A program made the translations under genes and the position numbers. A stretch of DNA of 64,000 nucleotides from an uncultured Actinomycetes bacterium (lineage in GTDB: Bacteria; Actinomycetota; Actinomycetes; S36-B12), in assembly GCA_963842725.1 (NCBI GenBank), contig CAWJHN010000004.1, positions 254,098-318,097 on the forward strand, in the 5' to 3' direction. The notes under the pieces were generated by a model. The model had not been told where the DNA came from. It saw only the letters and a list, made by a program, of their open reading frames with translations, and searched no databases. Below, piece after piece: positions 17,716 to 29,105 of the stretch; position 1 is the first letter of the stretch, and each line of letters begins with the position of its first letter.

Positions 17716-17764
17716 CGCAACCTCTCGGCGGATCGGGGCCCTCGTGCGCCTGCTGCACATCCTG

Positions 17765-18649
17765 TCATCTGCGGTGCGCCGCCCTCGCTCGGATCCAGAT
17801 GGCCAGGCCGTTCATGGCGAGCAGGGACACGACGAGCAGGACGCTCGTTGCGGCGGCCAGGACGTGGAAGTCGTCGCGTGCCTCCTTCGTCCACGTGTAG
17901 ATCTGGATCGGCAGCGTCGTGTAGCCCGACAGGAGCCCGGTGGGGTTGAACGTGATGTAGCCGGCCGCCCCGACCATCAGGAGGCAGGCGGCCTCGCCGG
18001 CGGCTCGCGACAGGGCGAGGATGACGCCGGTCGAGATCCCGGGGATCGCGGCCGGCAGGGTCTGGTGGTAGGCGGTCTGCCACTCCGAGGCCCCGAGCGC
18101 CAGCGAGCCGTGCCGGATGTCCTGCGGAACGGCGCGCAGTGCCTCCCGGGTCGCGATGATGATGATCGGCAGGATCAGCAGCGCCAGGGTGAGGCCGGCC
18201 GTGAGCACGCTCTGGCCCAGGGCCATGGCCCGCGCGAACACGGCGAGTCCCAGGATGCCGAACACGATCGACGGCACCGCTGCGAGGTTCGAGATGTTGA
18301 CCTCGACGATCCGCTGGAACCGGCTGCCGGGCCGGGCGAACTCCTCGAGGTAGAGCGCGGTGAGGATGCCCGTCGGCACGGCGAACACCGCGGTGACCGA
18401 CATGACCCACAGGGTTCCGGTGATCGCCGACTGGGCGCCGGCCAGCTGCGGGCGGCGGATCGTGGGCATGTTGGACCAGAGCATCGAGTTGAGCCGGGGC
18501 CAGCCCTCGATCGTGATGTAGGCGAGCAGGACGAACAGCGTGAGGACGGCGATCACGAGCGCGCCGAGCGCGAACCCGACGAACAGGCGCTCGCGCGACT
18601 GCCCTTGGGCGATGCGCGGCGTGCGCGTCAGGAGCGGTGCAGCGGTCAT
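17765..18649 (-). CDS. pstA: Phosphate ABC transporter permease
   Basis: [29 protein letters not shown]. Confidence 0.95.
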   Translation of the reverse strand: MTAAPLLTRTPRIAQGQSRERLFVGFALGALVIAVLTLFVLLAYITIEGWPRLNSMLWSNMPTIRRPQLAGAQSAITGTLWVMSVTAVFAVPTGILTALYLEEFARPGSRFQRIVEVNISNLAAVPSIVFGILGLAVFARAMALGQSVLTAGLTLALLILPIIIIATREALRAVPQDIRHGSLALGASEWQTAYHQTLPAAIPGISTGVILALSRAAGEAACLLMVGAAGYITFNPTGLLSGYTTLPIQIYTWTKEARDDFHVLAAATSVLLVVSLLAMNGLAIWIRARAAHRR

Positions 18650-19584
18650 GGCTGCACCTGCCGGAATCGTCGGACGAATCGGATCATGACGAGGTTGAGG
18701 AAGAAGGTGATCACGAACAGCAGCAGGCCGACCGCGAAGATCGACGAGTACTCGATGCTGCCGGTCGCGAGGTCGCCCGAGCCGGCGGCGGCGATATACG
18801 ACGTCATGGTCTGGGTGCCCTCGAGCGGATTCATGGTCAGGTTGGGCTGCAGCCCGGCGGCGATTGTGACGATCATGGTCTCGCCGATCGCGCGGGAGGC
18901 GCCCAGCACGATGGCGGCCACGATCCCGGAGAGGGCGGCCGGCATCACCACACGGACCGTCGTCTGCATGCGGGTCGAGCCCAGGGCGACCGACCCGGCG
19001 CGCATGCCGGCCGGCACCGCCGTCATGGCGTCCTGCGACAGCGAGGCGATCGTCGGGACGATCATGATGCCCATGACGAGGCCGGCCGACAGGGCGTTGA
19101 AGATGTCGATGTCCGGGAAGATGCGGATCAGGACGTACTGAGTGACGAACTGGAGGGCGAAGAGGCCGAGCACGACGGTCGGGATCCCCGCGAGCATCTC
19201 GAGCACCGGAGTCAGCGTGCGGCGGACCCGAGCCGATGCGTACTCGGACAGGTAGACGGCGGTGCCCAGGCCCAGGGGTACGGCCACCACCATCGCGATC
19301 GCGGTGATGAGGAGCGTGCCGGCCACGAGCGGCAGGACGCCGAACGCGCCGTCGGCGAAGAGCGGGGTCCAGACGGTGCCGAAGAGGAAGTCGCCCAGTG
19401 GGACCTCCGCGAAGAACTGCAGCGACGGGATCACGAGCGAAACGATGAGCCCGAACGTGGCGAGCACGGAGATCGCCGCCGCCACCATCAGGATCGCCTT
19501 GATGACGCTCTCGCCGCGTCGGGGGGAGGTCCGACGCAGCGACGGCGGCGAGAGGGCGGCCGCCTGCCGGGGGTCATCGCTCAC
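18646..19584 (-). CDS. pstC: Phosphate ABC transporter permease
   Basis: YLSEYA, LAGIPTVV, SRAIGETMIV. Confidence 0.95.
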   Translation of the reverse strand: MSDDPRQAAALSPPSLRRTSPRRGESVIKAILMVAAAISVLATFGLIVSLVIPSLQFFAEVPLGDFLFGTVWTPLFADGAFGVLPLVAGTLLITAIAMVVAVPLGLGTAVYLSEYASARVRRTLTPVLEMLAGIPTVVLGLFALQFVTQYVLIRIFPDIDIFNALSAGLVMGIMIVPTIASLSQDAMTAVPAGMRAGSVALGSTRMQTTVRVVMPAALSGIVAAIVLGASRAIGETMIVTIAAGLQPNLTMNPLEGTQTMTSYIAAAGSGDLATGSIEYSSIFAVGLLLFVITFFLNLVMIRFVRRFRQVQP

Positions 19585-20513
19585 GACGGCGAGCCGCCGG
19601 GTGACGTCAGGCGTGCGTAGTCGGCCTCCAGACGACTCCGCTGACCGGCGCTGAGCGGGATGTACAGGGCGCCCCGCGCGATCTCCTCGTCGTGCGCGAC
19701 GTAGTGGTCGAAGAAGGCCCTGACCTCGGGACGCTGCAGGGCCTGCCGCGATGCGTACACGAAGAGTGGCCGGGACAGCGGAGAGTAGCTTCCGTCCTGG
19801 GCCGACTCCGTGCTCGGTGCGACGCAGCCGCGACCGTTGTCGACGGCGACCGCGTGCAGGCGTTCCTGGTTCTCCTCGTAGTAGGTGTAGCCGAGGTACC
19901 CGAGGCCGCCCGTGGAACCCTCGACGCCCTGGACGATCACGTTGTCATCCTCGCTCGCGGTGAAGTCGGTCCGGCTGGCGCCCTCGATGCCGTTGACGGC
20001 GGCGGTGAAGTAGTCGAACGTGCCCGAGTCGGTGCCGGGACCGAACAGCTTCAGCGGCTCGTCCGGGTAGGTCGGGTCGACCTGGTTCCAGTTGGTGACC
20101 TCGGATCCCGGTGCCCAGATGCGCCGCAGCTGATCCATGGTCAGGCACTCGACCCAGTCGTTGGCCGGGTTGACGACGAGGGTGAGGGCGTCGACGGCGA
20201 CCTGCAGCTCGCCGAACTCGATCCCGGCCGCACGGCACTGCTCTGCCTCGTCGGGGGTGATGGGGCGCGAGGCGTCGTTCGCGTCGGTCTCGCCACGGCA
20301 GAACTTCTCGAACCCGCCGCCCGTTCCGGACGCACCCACCGTCACGCGCACGTCGGGGCGGACCACCTGGAAGTCCTCGGCGGCGGTCGCGGTGAGGGGG
20401 AGCACCGTCGAGGATCCGTCGACGCGAACCTCGTCACCGGATGCGACCCCACCGGCGCAGGCGGTCAGGAGCAGCGGACTCACCAGCACGGCGAGCTGGG
20501 CGTGGCGTCTCAC
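19581..20513 (-). CDS. pstS: Phosphate-binding lipoprotein
   Basis: Lipobox LTAC, DGSSTV, SGTGGGF, DSGTFDYF, YSPLSRPLFVY. Confidence 0.95.
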   Translation of the reverse strand: MRRHAQLAVLVSPLLLTACAGGVASGDEVRVDGSSTVLPLTATAAEDFQVVRPDVRVTVGASGTGGGFEKFCRGETDANDASRPITPDEAEQCRAAGIEFGELQVAVDALTLVVNPANDWVECLTMDQLRRIWAPGSEVTNWNQVDPTYPDEPLKLFGPGTDSGTFDYFTAAVNGIEGASRTDFTASEDDNVIVQGVEGSTGGLGYLGYTYYEENQERLHAVAVDNGRGCVAPSTESAQDGSYSPLSRPLFVYASRQALQRPEVRAFFDHYVAHDEEIARGALYIPLSAGQRSRLEADYARLTSPGGSPS

Positions 20514-20531
20514 GGATCGGCCCGCACGCTG

Positions 20532-21461
20532 TCAGTCCCCAAGGAGGGTATGCCGCTCGACCCCGACGACCTGGACGGTGCCGTCGTCGGCGAAGTGCCG
20601 GTGGACCACGATGAAGCCGCCGGGCGGGAGCCGGTGATCCCACGCCCGTGCCGTGGCGGGGTCGTCGTCGTCGATACCGAGCTCGTGCCCGATGGCCTCG
20701 AGGAGCGTGGGCAGCACCGGGCGGTGGGAGCACAGGACGGTCGCCGCGGGGTCACGTGCGAGGGACGCGGCGCGTCGGGCCGCCGCGAGAGGGTCCCGGT
20801 GGTGGGCCTCCTCGGACAGCTCGGGCTCGGCCGCGACGTCTACCTCGAGGTGCGCGGCGAACCGCCGTACCGTCTCGGTGCAGCGACGTGAGCTCGAGGC
20901 GTGGACCTGCTGGATGCCGAACGCATCGAGCAGCGGGATGAGCAGCTTGCTCTGGCTTCGACCCTTGCCGGTCAGGGGGCGCTCGGCATCGACGGCGCCC
21001 TTGAAGTCGGCACGCTTCATCGCCTGCGTGTGCCGAAGCACGACCAGGGGGGTGGTCATGGGGCGTTCCGCGGCGATGAGCGCCAGCCGCGCATCGGACG
21101 GGTACGTCAGGAGCGCGGCGGCTTCGGCCAGTGGGACCCATCGGATCTCGTCGACCTCGTCGTCGGCCGCGAACTCCTCCTCGCCGCCAACGCGTGCATG
21201 CCAGTAGTTGACGACCTTCGGCATGCTCAGCACGCTGTAGCTCTGCGTGGGCAGGGGGGACATGAGGACGGGGGTGTAGCCCGTCTCCTCGTCGCACTCG
21301 CGGACCGCCGCGGCCACGACGTGCTCGCCGCTGTCGAGCTTGCCTTTCGGAAGCGACCAGTCGGGCCGCAGCGGGCGGTGGACGATCAGCAACTCCGGGA
21401 TGCCGCCGTTGTCACGGACCAGCACCACGCCGGACGCGCGGATGACCTCGTTTCGCGCCAT
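20532..21461 (-). CDS. mutT1: NUDIX hydrolase fused to a histidine-phosphatase-like domain (MutT1)
   Basis: WSLPKGKLDSGE...AAVRECDEETG Nudix box; LRHT..KR..RPL, RC.ET, CSHRP. Confidence 0.88.
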   Translation of the reverse strand: MARNEVIRASGVVLVRDNGGIPELLIVHRPLRPDWSLPKGKLDSGEHVVAAAVRECDEETGYTPVLMSPLPTQSYSVLSMPKVVNYWHARVGGEEEFAADDEVDEIRWVPLAEAAALLTYPSDARLALIAAERPMTTPLVVLRHTQAMKRADFKGAVDAERPLTGKGRSQSKLLIPLLDAFGIQQVHASSSRRCTETVRRFAAHLEVDVAAEPELSEEAHHRDPLAAARRAASLARDPAATVLCSHRPVLPTLLEAIGHELGIDDDDPATARAWDHRLPPGGFIVVHRHFADDGTVQVVGVERHTLLGD

Positions 21462-21464
21462 GGA

Positions 21465-23003
21465 TCAGGCGAAGCCGGTCTTCTTGGCGCACCGGCGGGC
21501 CGACGGCCAGAGCTTCACGAATCGGAAGCGGTCGATGATCTCCTCCTCGGACTCGAACTCGTACAGCAGGCCGAGCGAGAGGCCGGTGAGCCCGTCCGTC
21601 TCGGGATGGCCGGCCAGCTCCCGGATGATGCCCTGGGCGACGTGGGCGTCCTGATGGTCGCCCAGCAGCTCGGTCACGTCGGCCAGTCGGTCCGCGAAGC
21701 GCGCCATGTCCTTGCCGAAGATCGGCGCGACCGACTCCGCCGCGTATCGCGCGCGCTTGGCCTTGATGCGGGCGGCGTGCCAGGTGGGGCTCGGCCCGTC
21801 GATGTCGAGCTCATCGATGCATCGGCGCAGGCGGCGCCAGGTGCGGGCGACGAGCGGCAGGAGTGCCTCGGTGCAGGGCGTGAACGCAGCGTCCGTCACG
21901 GGCGGCTCGATCGCAGCGGTCATCAGGTCGTCGACGAGCAGTTGGTGACGGTCGCTGCGCAGCGCCGCGAGCGCACTGGATCGGGCGGCGGCGAGCCGGC
22001 GGTTGAGCAGCGGGTCGATGGCGGCGCGGGCGCGCTCGGTGTCCGACGCCTCGGACAGCTCGCCCGCGTGCCGGTCGAGGCGCTCGAGCATGACCTCGGT
22101 GTCGCGGATCGCACCGAGCTCACTGGCCAGCCACTTGAGCTCGTCCTTGAGCCCCACGGTCACGGATGGGTCCATCAGCGGTGCGAAGGTGGCCAGGGCG
22201 CTGCGCAGTCGGCGGGCCGCCACCCGCATCTGGTGCACCGAGTCCGGGAGATCGCGGCGCACGGAAACATCGGCCATCAGCAGGTGGCGGACGTGCATCG
22301 ACAGGACGCTTCGGATGGCATCGACGGCCAGTCCGTCGGGGCCGGGGGCCGGCCGGGCCGGCACGTCCGGAGGGGCGGAGGTGCGCGGTCCCAGAGCGCT
22401 GGCCGCCTTGCTCACCGAGCTCGGCTGCGCGCCAGCCTCGGTGAGGCAGTCGACTGCTCGCTCGAGTACGGCGCCGGCTTCGGGGTCATCGGAGTCGAGG
22501 GCCTCGATCTCGATCTCGCGGAAGACGCTGACCGTCCGGCCCTCGTGCAGGACCGTGACGATGTCGTCGACCAGTTCGGCACGTGGCACCCCGTCGGCGT
22601 CCGCGAGCATCGACGGCGTGCGCTCGGTGGACAGGGTGATCAGCGGGATCAGCGGCTGCTCGCGCAGCAACGGCGCGATCACCTCGACGAACCCGCTCGG
22701 GACCGAGCCGATGACGCCGGACTCGAGCGGCAGGTGCATCTCATCGCGAGTGGACCCGTCCGCCCCCGCGACCGGCAGCTTCATGTGCCAGCCCTCGTCC
22801 GACCCGCCCTCGCGGCGGCGCAGCGTGATGCCCCACCGGAAGAGCGTGAGGTCCTTGGTGTCGTGGTACACCGCGCGCATCACGAAGGGGGGCGAGGTGT
22901 CCAGGGTGGCGGCAACGCCGGCAGCCACCAGGTCGGGCATCTCGAACAGGCCATGGACACGGAGCTTCTTCTCGACCTCACGGTGCGACGTCGCCTTGGT
23001 CAC
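21465..23003 (-). CDS. CYTH + CHAD domain polyphosphate-binding protein
   Basis: N-terminal [30 protein letters not shown] motifs [34 protein letters not shown] overlaps the ppk1 stop. Confidence 0.9.
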   Translation of the reverse strand: MTKATSHREVEKKLRVHGLFEMPDLVAAGVAATLDTSPPFVMRAVYHDTKDLTLFRWGITLRRREGGSDEGWHMKLPVAGADGSTRDEMHLPLESGVIGSVPSGFVEVIAPLLREQPLIPLITLSTERTPSMLADADGVPRAELVDDIVTVLHEGRTVSVFREIEIEALDSDDPEAGAVLERAVDCLTEAGAQPSSVSKAASALGPRTSAPPDVPARPAPGPDGLAVDAIRSVLSMHVRHLLMADVSVRRDLPDSVHQMRVAARRLRSALATFAPLMDPSVTVGLKDELKWLASELGAIRDTEVMLERLDRHAGELSEASDTERARAAIDPLLNRRLAAARSSALAALRSDRHQLLVDDLMTAAIEPPVTDAAFTPCTEALLPLVARTWRRLRRCIDELDIDGPSPTWHAARIKAKRARYAAESVAPIFGKDMARFADRLADVTELLGDHQDAHVAQGIIRELAGHPETDGLTGLSLGLLYEFESEEEIIDRFRFVKLWPSARRCAKKTGFA

Positions 23004-25129
23004 GGGCTGAAGCCCCGCTGCCGCTTGATCTCGATCAGGCTCTCCTGGTAGTCGCGCAGCCGGTGGCCGTCGGCGTCGAACAGGCGACGGATCCAGGTGC
23101 CGTCGGGAAACAGGTCCCATGCGGATGTCAACGGGTCGAAGGCGAAGTCGAAGAGCGACGAGATGTCGGCCACCTCCTCGGGGTCCGTCAGGCGCACGAG
23201 CGTCTCCACCCGCCGGTCCAGGTTGCGATGCATGAGATCCGCCGACCCGATCCAGGCCTCGCGGTTGCCGCCGTTCTCGAAGCAGTAGGCGCGGGAGTGC
23301 TCGAGGAACCGGCCGAGGATGCTGAGGACCCGGATGTTCTCGCTCAGGCCCGGGACGCCCGGCCGGACGGAGCAGATGCCGCGCACCCAGATGTCGGTCG
23401 GGACGCCGGCGCGGGACGCCCGGTAGAGCGCGTCCGTGATCCCCTCGTCGACGATGGAGTTGCACTTGAACCGGATGCGGCTCGGCAGCCCCGCCCGGTG
23501 GTTCTCGATCTCGCGCTCGATCCGGTCGACCAGGCCGGTGCGCACCGAGTTGGGCGCGACCAGCAGGCGTTCGTACTGCGTGTTCATCGAGTAGCCGGAG
23601 AGCACGTTGAACAGGTTCGAGACGTCCTCGCCCACGGCCGGGTCGCTGGTCAGCAGGCCGAAGTCCTCGTACAGGCGGGCCGTCTTGGGGTGGTAGTTGC
23701 CGGTGCCGAGGTGGCAGTAGCGCCGCAGCTGGTCGCCGTCGTCGCGGACGACCATGGACAGCTTGCAGTGCGTCTTGAGCCCGACGACCCCGTACACGAC
23801 GTGGACGCCGGCCTCCTCGAGCTTGCGGGCCCACTCGATGTTGTTCTGCTCGTCGAATCTGGCCTTGATCTCGACCAGGGCGAGAACCTGCTTGCCCTCC
23901 TGGGCTGCGTCGATGAGGGCGTCGATGATCGGCGAGTCCCCGGACGTGCGGTACAGGGTCTGCTTGATGGCAAGGACGTTCGGGTCCGTGGCGGCCTGCT
24001 CCAGGAACAGCTGGACGCTGGTCGAGAAGGAGTCGTAGGGGTGGTGGAGCAGCACGTCGCGCTCGCGCACGACGGCGAGGACGTCCGGGGCGGAGGCGCT
24101 CTCGACCTCGTTGAGCTGGCGCGACGTCTTGGGCACGAACCTGCCCTGCTTGAGGTCGTCGCGGTCCAGGCCGTACAACGTCCACAGCCCGGTCAGGTCC
24201 AGCGGTCCGGGCAGCCGGAACACCTCGAGCTCGTTGACGTCGAGCTCGCTGACCAGCAGCTCGAGCACGTGCGGGTCGATCGACTGCTCGACCTCGAGCC
24301 GCACGGGAGGACCGAAGCGTCGGCGCATCAGCTCACGCTCCAGCGCCTGCAGGAGGTTCTCGGCGTCGTCCTCCTCAACCTCGACGTCCTCGTTGCGCGT
24401 GACGCGGAAGTTGTGGGTCTGGAGGATCTCCATGCCGGGGAAGAGGGTGTGCAGGTGCGCCGCGATCACGTCCTCGAGGGGGACGAAACGGGCTTGGCCC
24501 ACCTCGACGAAACGGGGCAGCAGCGGCGGCACCTTGACGCGGGCGAACAGCTCGGTGCCGGTGACGGGGTTCCGCACGACCACGGCGAGGTTGAGCGACA
24601 GCCCGCTGATGTAGGGGAACGGGTGCGACGGGTCGACGGCCAGCGGGGTGAGGACCGGGAAGACCTTGGCGTCGAAGAACACCTCGACGTCGGACTTCTC
24701 GAGCGGGGTCAGCTGGTCCCAGCGCAACAGTTGGATGCCGCTGGAGACGAGGTCGGGCAGGACCTCGAGGCTGAACAGGTCGGCCTGCTGGCGCTGGAGG
24801 TCGTATGCGCTCTGCCAGATGTTCTCCAGGACCTCGCGGGCGGTGTACCCGCTGGCGGCGCGAACCGCGATGCCGGTGGCGATTCGGCGCTTGAGGCCCG
24901 CCACCCGGACCATGAAGAACTCGTCGAGGTTGCTCGCGAAGATCGCCAGGAACTTGGCCCGCTCGAGCGGGGGAAGCTCAGGGTCGGCGGCCAGCTCGAG
25001 CACCCGTCGGTTGAAGGCCAGCCACGACAGCTCGCGATCGAGGAAGCGGTCCTTGGGCATGGGCGCGTCAGGAGCGGTCGCAGCAACGTCGGGAGGGATC
25101 ACCGCTGACGTGGCGGGCTCGGTGGTCAC
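23000..25129 (-). CDS. ppk1: Polyphosphate kinase 1
   Basis: [65 protein letters not shown]. Confidence 0.97.
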   Translation of the reverse strand: MTTEPATSAVIPPDVAATAPDAPMPKDRFLDRELSWLAFNRRVLELAADPELPPLERAKFLAIFASNLDEFFMVRVAGLKRRIATGIAVRAASGYTAREVLENIWQSAYDLQRQQADLFSLEVLPDLVSSGIQLLRWDQLTPLEKSDVEVFFDAKVFPVLTPLAVDPSHPFPYISGLSLNLAVVVRNPVTGTELFARVKVPPLLPRFVEVGQARFVPLEDVIAAHLHTLFPGMEILQTHNFRVTRNEDVEVEEDDAENLLQALERELMRRRFGPPVRLEVEQSIDPHVLELLVSELDVNELEVFRLPGPLDLTGLWTLYGLDRDDLKQGRFVPKTSRQLNEVESASAPDVLAVVRERDVLLHHPYDSFSTSVQLFLEQAATDPNVLAIKQTLYRTSGDSPIIDALIDAAQEGKQVLALVEIKARFDEQNNIEWARKLEEAGVHVVYGVVGLKTHCKLSMVVRDDGDQLRRYCHLGTGNYHPKTARLYEDFGLLTSDPAVGEDVSNLFNVLSGYSMNTQYERLLVAPNSVRTGLVDRIEREIENHRAGLPSRIRFKCNSIVDEGITDALYRASRAGVPTDIWVRGICSVRPGVPGLSENIRVLSILGRFLEHSRAYCFENGGNREAWIGSADLMHRNLDRRVETLVRLTDPEEVADISSLFDFAFDPLTSAWDLFPDGTWIRRLFDADGHRLRDYQESLIEIKRQRGFSP

Positions 25130-25176
25130 GCCGAGATCGTCCCACAGCCGCGAGGGGCCGCGCCATGCGGAGCCGG

Positions 25177-26109
25177 TCAGCGCGAACGGCGGAAGAGCAC
25201 GTCGGTGTCCCACCGGGCGAACCCGAGTCCCTCGTACAGCCGGATCGCCGTCGTGTTGGTCGTGTCGACGTACAGCATGGCCTGGCTGAGTCCGAGCGAG
25301 CGGAGGTGGTGGAGTCCGGCCAGGGTCAGGGCGCGTCCGAGTCCCCGACCCCGCGCGGCCGGGTCGACTCCGACGACGTAGACCTCGCCGATGGCTGGAT
25401 GGGAGTGCCCGTCGTCGGACACGCGGCCGCCGTGGACCTTCGTCCAGTGGAAGCCGGCCAGCGCGTCGTCGTGCCAGCACATCAGGAATCCGTCCGGCGA
25501 GAACCACGGCTCCCGGATGCGGCGGTCGAGATCGTCGCGCGTCCAGCCGCCCTGGTCCGGCAGGCTCGCGAACGCGCGGGCGTTGGCGACGAGCCAGGCG
25601 TCCTCGTCTGCTCCCACCCGGAACGGCCGGATGGCGTACCCGGCAGGCAGCGCCGGTCGAGGCAGCGGGGCGAAGAGGGACCGGCGCATCTGCCACAGGA
25701 CGCGCGCCCGCGTGAAGCCCATGCTGAGCGCGAGTTCCGCGGCACCGGCCTGCTCGCCGTGGGCCCACAGGCGCATGCGTCCGTCGGGCGAGTGCGCGAT
25801 CAGATCCTCGAGGAGCATCCGTCCCAGGCCGTGACGGCGGTGCGCGGGGTCGACCGCCAGTTCCGCGCTCGGACCCTCGACGGGATCCGTGACGTCGAGG
25901 TGGGCATAGCCGGCCACCCGGCCCGCGGCGTCGCGGGCCACCAGGTGCTGGCCGCGCTCGTCGCCGCCCTCCCTGAGATGGAGCCAGACGTGCTCGGACA
26001 GGGGCTGCATGCCGTCGTGCTCGGTGACGCGTTCGACGAGCGCGGTCACCTCGGGGAGGGTGTCGGCGTCAAGACGGTTGCGGGTTGCGATCCGGTAGGC
26101 ACCGGTCAT
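25177..26109 (-). CDS. mshD: Mycothiol synthase (tandem GNAT)
   Basis: [27 protein letters not shown]; downstream of glnR. Confidence 0.94.
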   Translation of the reverse strand: MTGAYRIATRNRLDADTLPEVTALVERVTEHDGMQPLSEHVWLHLREGGDERGQHLVARDAAGRVAGYAHLDVTDPVEGPSAELAVDPAHRRHGLGRMLLEDLIAHSPDGRMRLWAHGEQAGAAELALSMGFTRARVLWQMRRSLFAPLPRPALPAGYAIRPFRVGADEDAWLVANARAFASLPDQGGWTRDDLDRRIREPWFSPDGFLMCWHDDALAGFHWTKVHGGRVSDDGHSHPAIGEVYVVGVDPAARGRGLGRALTLAGLHHLRSLGLSQAMLYVDTTNTTAIRLYEGLGFARWDTDVLFRRSR

Positions 26110-26127
26110 CGGCGGAGGTGCCGCCGC

Positions 26128-26868
26128 TCAGGCGAGCAGGGACGCGTCGTCGGGCACCGTGTCTGACAGGGAGCCGCGGGTGGCGGCGTCCGTGCCCTCG
26201 GGGACGAATCGGTAGCCCACGTTGCGGACCGTGCCGATCAGGGCCTCGTGCTCGATCCCCAGCTTGGCGCGCAGCCGTCGGACGTGCACGTCGACCGTGC
26301 GCGTGCCGCCGAAGTAGTCGTAGCCCCAGACCTCCTGCAGCAGCACGGCGCGGGTGAACACGCGACCGGGGTGCTGGGCCAGGAACTTGAGCAGCTCGAA
26401 CTCCTTGAACGTGAGGTCGAGGGTGCGGCCGCGGAGCTTCGCCGTGTAGGTGCCCTCGTCGATGTGCAGCTCTCCGCTGCGGATCTCTTCGGGCAGGTCC
26501 GGCGGCGCTCCCGTGACGTCGAGCACGCGTGAGATCGCGAGCCGCAGGCGGGCCTCGACCTCAGCGGGTGAGGATGTGTCGACCAGGACATCGTCCATGC
26601 CCCAGTCCCACTGGATGGCGGCGAGTCCGCCCTCGGTCGACACGAGGATGAGCGGGACGCCGACACCGGTCTGCCGCAGCAGCCGCGTCAGGCCGCGAAC
26701 CGCGGGCAGGTCGCGTCGCCCGTCGACGAGCAGGGCGTCGCATGCCGGCGCGTTGAGGAGGGCCGTGGGCTCGGCCGGCATGGTGCGCACATGGTGGGCC
26801 AGCAGGCCCAGGGCCGGGAGCACCTCCGCCGAGGACTCCATGGCGCGCGTCAGCAGGATCAGTCGCAC
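26128..26868 (-). CDS. glnR: Orphan OmpR-family nitrogen regulator GlnR
   Basis: [73 protein letters not shown]. Confidence 0.92.
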   Translation of the reverse strand: MRLILLTRAMESSAEVLPALGLLAHHVRTMPAEPTALLNAPACDALLVDGRRDLPAVRGLTRLLRQTGVGVPLILVSTEGGLAAIQWDWGMDDVLVDTSSPAEVEARLRLAISRVLDVTGAPPDLPEEIRSGELHIDEGTYTAKLRGRTLDLTFKEFELLKFLAQHPGRVFTRAVLLQEVWGYDYFGGTRTVDVHVRRLRAKLGIEHEALIGTVRNVGYRFVPEGTDAATRGSLSDTVPDDASLLA

Positions 26869-27053
26869 CGGCCACCTCCCTCGTCGTGCTCCTCGCAGCG
26901 GAAACGCTGGGCCTAGGCTACGGCACCGGGGGGCGAACGTGCCTCTGGCGTCTGGTGGGCGGCGGCTGGCATGCCCGCGGAGGCGTCCGCATCGCCCCGT
27001 GGGAGGTCGCATGGACGGGTTGTCCGCTCGGCCGTCGCCCGGATCGGGCGTCG

Positions 27054-27845
27054 GTGACTGAGCCGCGCGAGGAGCGTCGGCTGGTCGCCGCCGATGGGGT
27101 CGAGATCAGTGCGGTGCACCAGCCGGGACGCCGCGACGACGTCGGATTCGTCGTCGTCCACGGATTCACCGGCGGCTGGCGTGAGCAGCGCGTGCAGAAG
27201 GTCGTCGACCGGCTGCTGATGTTCGGCGGCGTGGTAGCGATCGACATGCGCGGCCATGGGCGCTCCGCCGGGGTGACGACCGTCGGCGAACTCGAGATCC
27301 TCGACGTGGCCGCAGCAGTGGAGTGGTGCCGCCGGCTCGGCTACGGGCGAGTGGTCACGGTCGGCTTCTCCCTCGGGGGCGCCGTCGTCCTGCGCGAGGC
27401 CGGGCTGTCCGCGTCGGGAGAGCTGGACCACGGGCGGGTGGACGCGGTCGTCAGCGTCAGTGCGCCGGCGTTCTGGTACTACCGAGGGACCCGCGTCATG
27501 CGCGTCGTGCACCGGATGGTCGAGACCCGGCCCGGCCGACTGGTGATGCGTGCCTCCGGGACCCGGATCACCAGCAAGGAGTGGGTCGACCCGCTGCCGA
27601 CCCCTCCGCACGAGGCCGTGACCCTGCTGGGCGCGACGCCGCTGCTCGTCGTGCACGGCGACGTCGACAAGTACTTCCCGCTCGAGCACCCCCGGGCCCT
27701 CGACCGGGCCGCCCGGGAGGCGGGCGTGACCTGCGACATGTGGCTCATCCCGGGTTTCGGCCATGCCGAATCGGCGATCTCGGTCGAGGTCGTCGACCGG
27801 ATCGGTGCCTGGGGTCGGGAATCGACCACGGGCGCGGCGGGTTGA
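27054..27845 (+). CDS. Alpha/beta hydrolase
   Basis: [19 protein letters not shown] nucleophile, VHGDVD, GFGHAE; start uncertain. Confidence 0.85.
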   Translation: MTEPREERRLVAADGVEISAVHQPGRRDDVGFVVVHGFTGGWREQRVQKVVDRLLMFGGVVAIDMRGHGRSAGVTTVGELEILDVAAAVEWCRRLGYGRVVTVGFSLGGAVVLREAGLSASGELDHGRVDAVVSVSAPAFWYYRGTRVMRVVHRMVETRPGRLVMRASGTRITSKEWVDPLPTPPHEAVTLLGATPLLVVHGDVDKYFPLEHPRALDRAAREAGVTCDMWLIPGFGHAESAISVEVVDRIGAWGRESTTGAAG

Positions 27846-27852
27846 CGAGGGC

Positions 27853-28374
27853 ATGACAGGCATCTGGGTCGCGGTCGGCGTGCTGGTCGCCGCGACGGCG
27901 TTCGGGATCTGGAATCGGCGGACGTCCGGCCGGATCAAGGACTCGCGCCCGCCCGCCTCCCGAGCCGTGCCGGCGGCCTCGCCAGACGACCCCCCCGTCG
28001 AGATCGAGAGCGACGACATCGACGTCCGCGTTCCGGCGCTCGTCGAGGCGCTCGACGGCCGGTTGGGCACGGCGGCGACGATGGTGCAGTTCTCGAGCGC
28101 CTTCTGCCAACCCTGTCGAGCCACCCGACGCATCCTCGAGGAGGTGGCCGTCATGGTGCCGGGCGTGTCCCACGTCGAGATCGACGCGGAGGAGAATCTC
28201 GTCCTCGTCCGGGAGCTCGACGTGCGACGCACGCCGACCGTGCTGTTCCTCGACGCGCGCGGCGTCGTGCGCAAGCACGCGAGCGGACTGCCGCGCAAGG
28301 TCGACGTGATCGCGGCTCTGGGCGAGTTGATCCCCGCTCCCGGCGTCGGCGGACCGCAGGACTTCGAGATATGA
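27853..28374 (+). CDS. Membrane-anchored thioredoxin-family protein (ThiX-like)
   Basis: N-terminal TM segment, QFSSAFCQPCRATR, RRTPTV. Confidence 0.85.
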   Translation: MTGIWVAVGVLVAATAFGIWNRRTSGRIKDSRPPASRAVPAASPDDPPVEIESDDIDVRVPALVEALDGRLGTAATMVQFSSAFCQPCRATRRILEEVAVMVPGVSHVEIDAEENLVLVRELDVRRTPTVLFLDARGVVRKHASGLPRKVDVIAALGELIPAPGVGGPQDFEI

Positions 28375-28378
28375 GGCC

Positions 28379-28449
28379 GACGCTGCTGCGAGGGCTTCGC
28401 AGCAACGTCGTCTTGGCTGGTGCCGGACCCGACGCCGGGCCGGGTCCGG
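28379..28449 (+). terminator. Two tandem GC-rich hairpins after the thioredoxin stop
   Basis: gacgctgctgcga/tcgcagcaacgtc (1 mismatch) and ccggacccg/cgggtccgg. Confidence 0.4.
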
Positions 28450-28490
28450 GTTCCCCCTAGGTTTCGCGGATCGGATCAGAAGGAGCAGCC

Positions 28491-28973
28491 ATGACGTCCA
28501 TCGATGCACGGCGAGTCTCTGCCTCAGTGTCGTCGGCCGACTGCACGCGTGAGCAGATCGACCCGCGCGGACCGAGGTTCGGCGGTGCGGTGACGTCGAT
28601 CGTGCTCGTGGCCGCGCTCATCCTGGTGGGCACCACGGCGGGCACGGTGCTGGTCGCGTGGCAGACGCTGGTGTTCGGGCTCGGGGCGATCGTCGGACTT
28701 CATGCCCAGCCCTACGGCATCGTGTTCAAGAAGCTGGTGAAGCCGCGGCTCGGTCCCCCTGCGGAACTCGAGGACGCCGCCCCGCCGCGCTTCGCGCAGG
28801 CGGTTGGACTGGCCTTCATGACGGTGGCCCTGATCGCCTCGCTGGCGGGGGCGTCGGTGGTCGCCACGATCGCGATCGCGTTCGCCCTGGCCGCGGCCTT
28901 CCTGAACGCGGCGTTCGACTTCTGCCTGGGCTGTGAGATGTACCTGCTCGGCAAGCGACTGCTCCACCGCTAG
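28491..28973 (+). CDS. DUF4395 membrane protein
   Basis: IDPRGPRF, PPRFAQAVG, AAFLNAAFDFCLGCEMY. Confidence 0.9.
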   Translation: MTSIDARRVSASVSSADCTREQIDPRGPRFGGAVTSIVLVAALILVGTTAGTVLVAWQTLVFGLGAIVGLHAQPYGIVFKKLVKPRLGPPAELEDAAPPRFAQAVGLAFMTVALIASLAGASVVATIAIAFALAAAFLNAAFDFCLGCEMYLLGKRLLHR

Positions 28974-29003
28974 CGCGCCCGGCCGCGGGAGTAGGCTGCC
29001 AGC

Positions 29004-29105
29004 ATGGTTGAGGTTGCATACACGGGCCTGCTCATCGTCGCCATGGCGGCCGCGGGCTGGTTCGCGTTCTACGTCGTCTACAAGCTGTTCAAGGGCCAGG
29101 GGTAG
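29004..29105 (+). CDS. 33-aa single-pass membrane small protein (not in the ORF track)
   Basis: MVEVAYTGLLIVAMAAAGWFAFYVVYKLFKGQG*; TAGGCT -10 6 nt upstream; GC3-rich codons; the stop abuts the next GTG. Confidence 0.75.
   Translation: MVEVAYTGLLIVAMAAAGWFAFYVVYKLFKGQG

Noticed and set aside
21465..25768. 906-aa CHAD and 922-aa Ppk1 ORF-track lengths as novel fusions
   Set aside because: The N-terminal extensions overlap neighbouring genes; real starts are GTG 23003 and about 25129
28371..28460. Small ORF MRPTLLRGLRS...GSP as a Cys-rich leader peptide for DUF4395
   Set aside because: It has no Cys codons and coincides with two hairpins; better read as RNA structure
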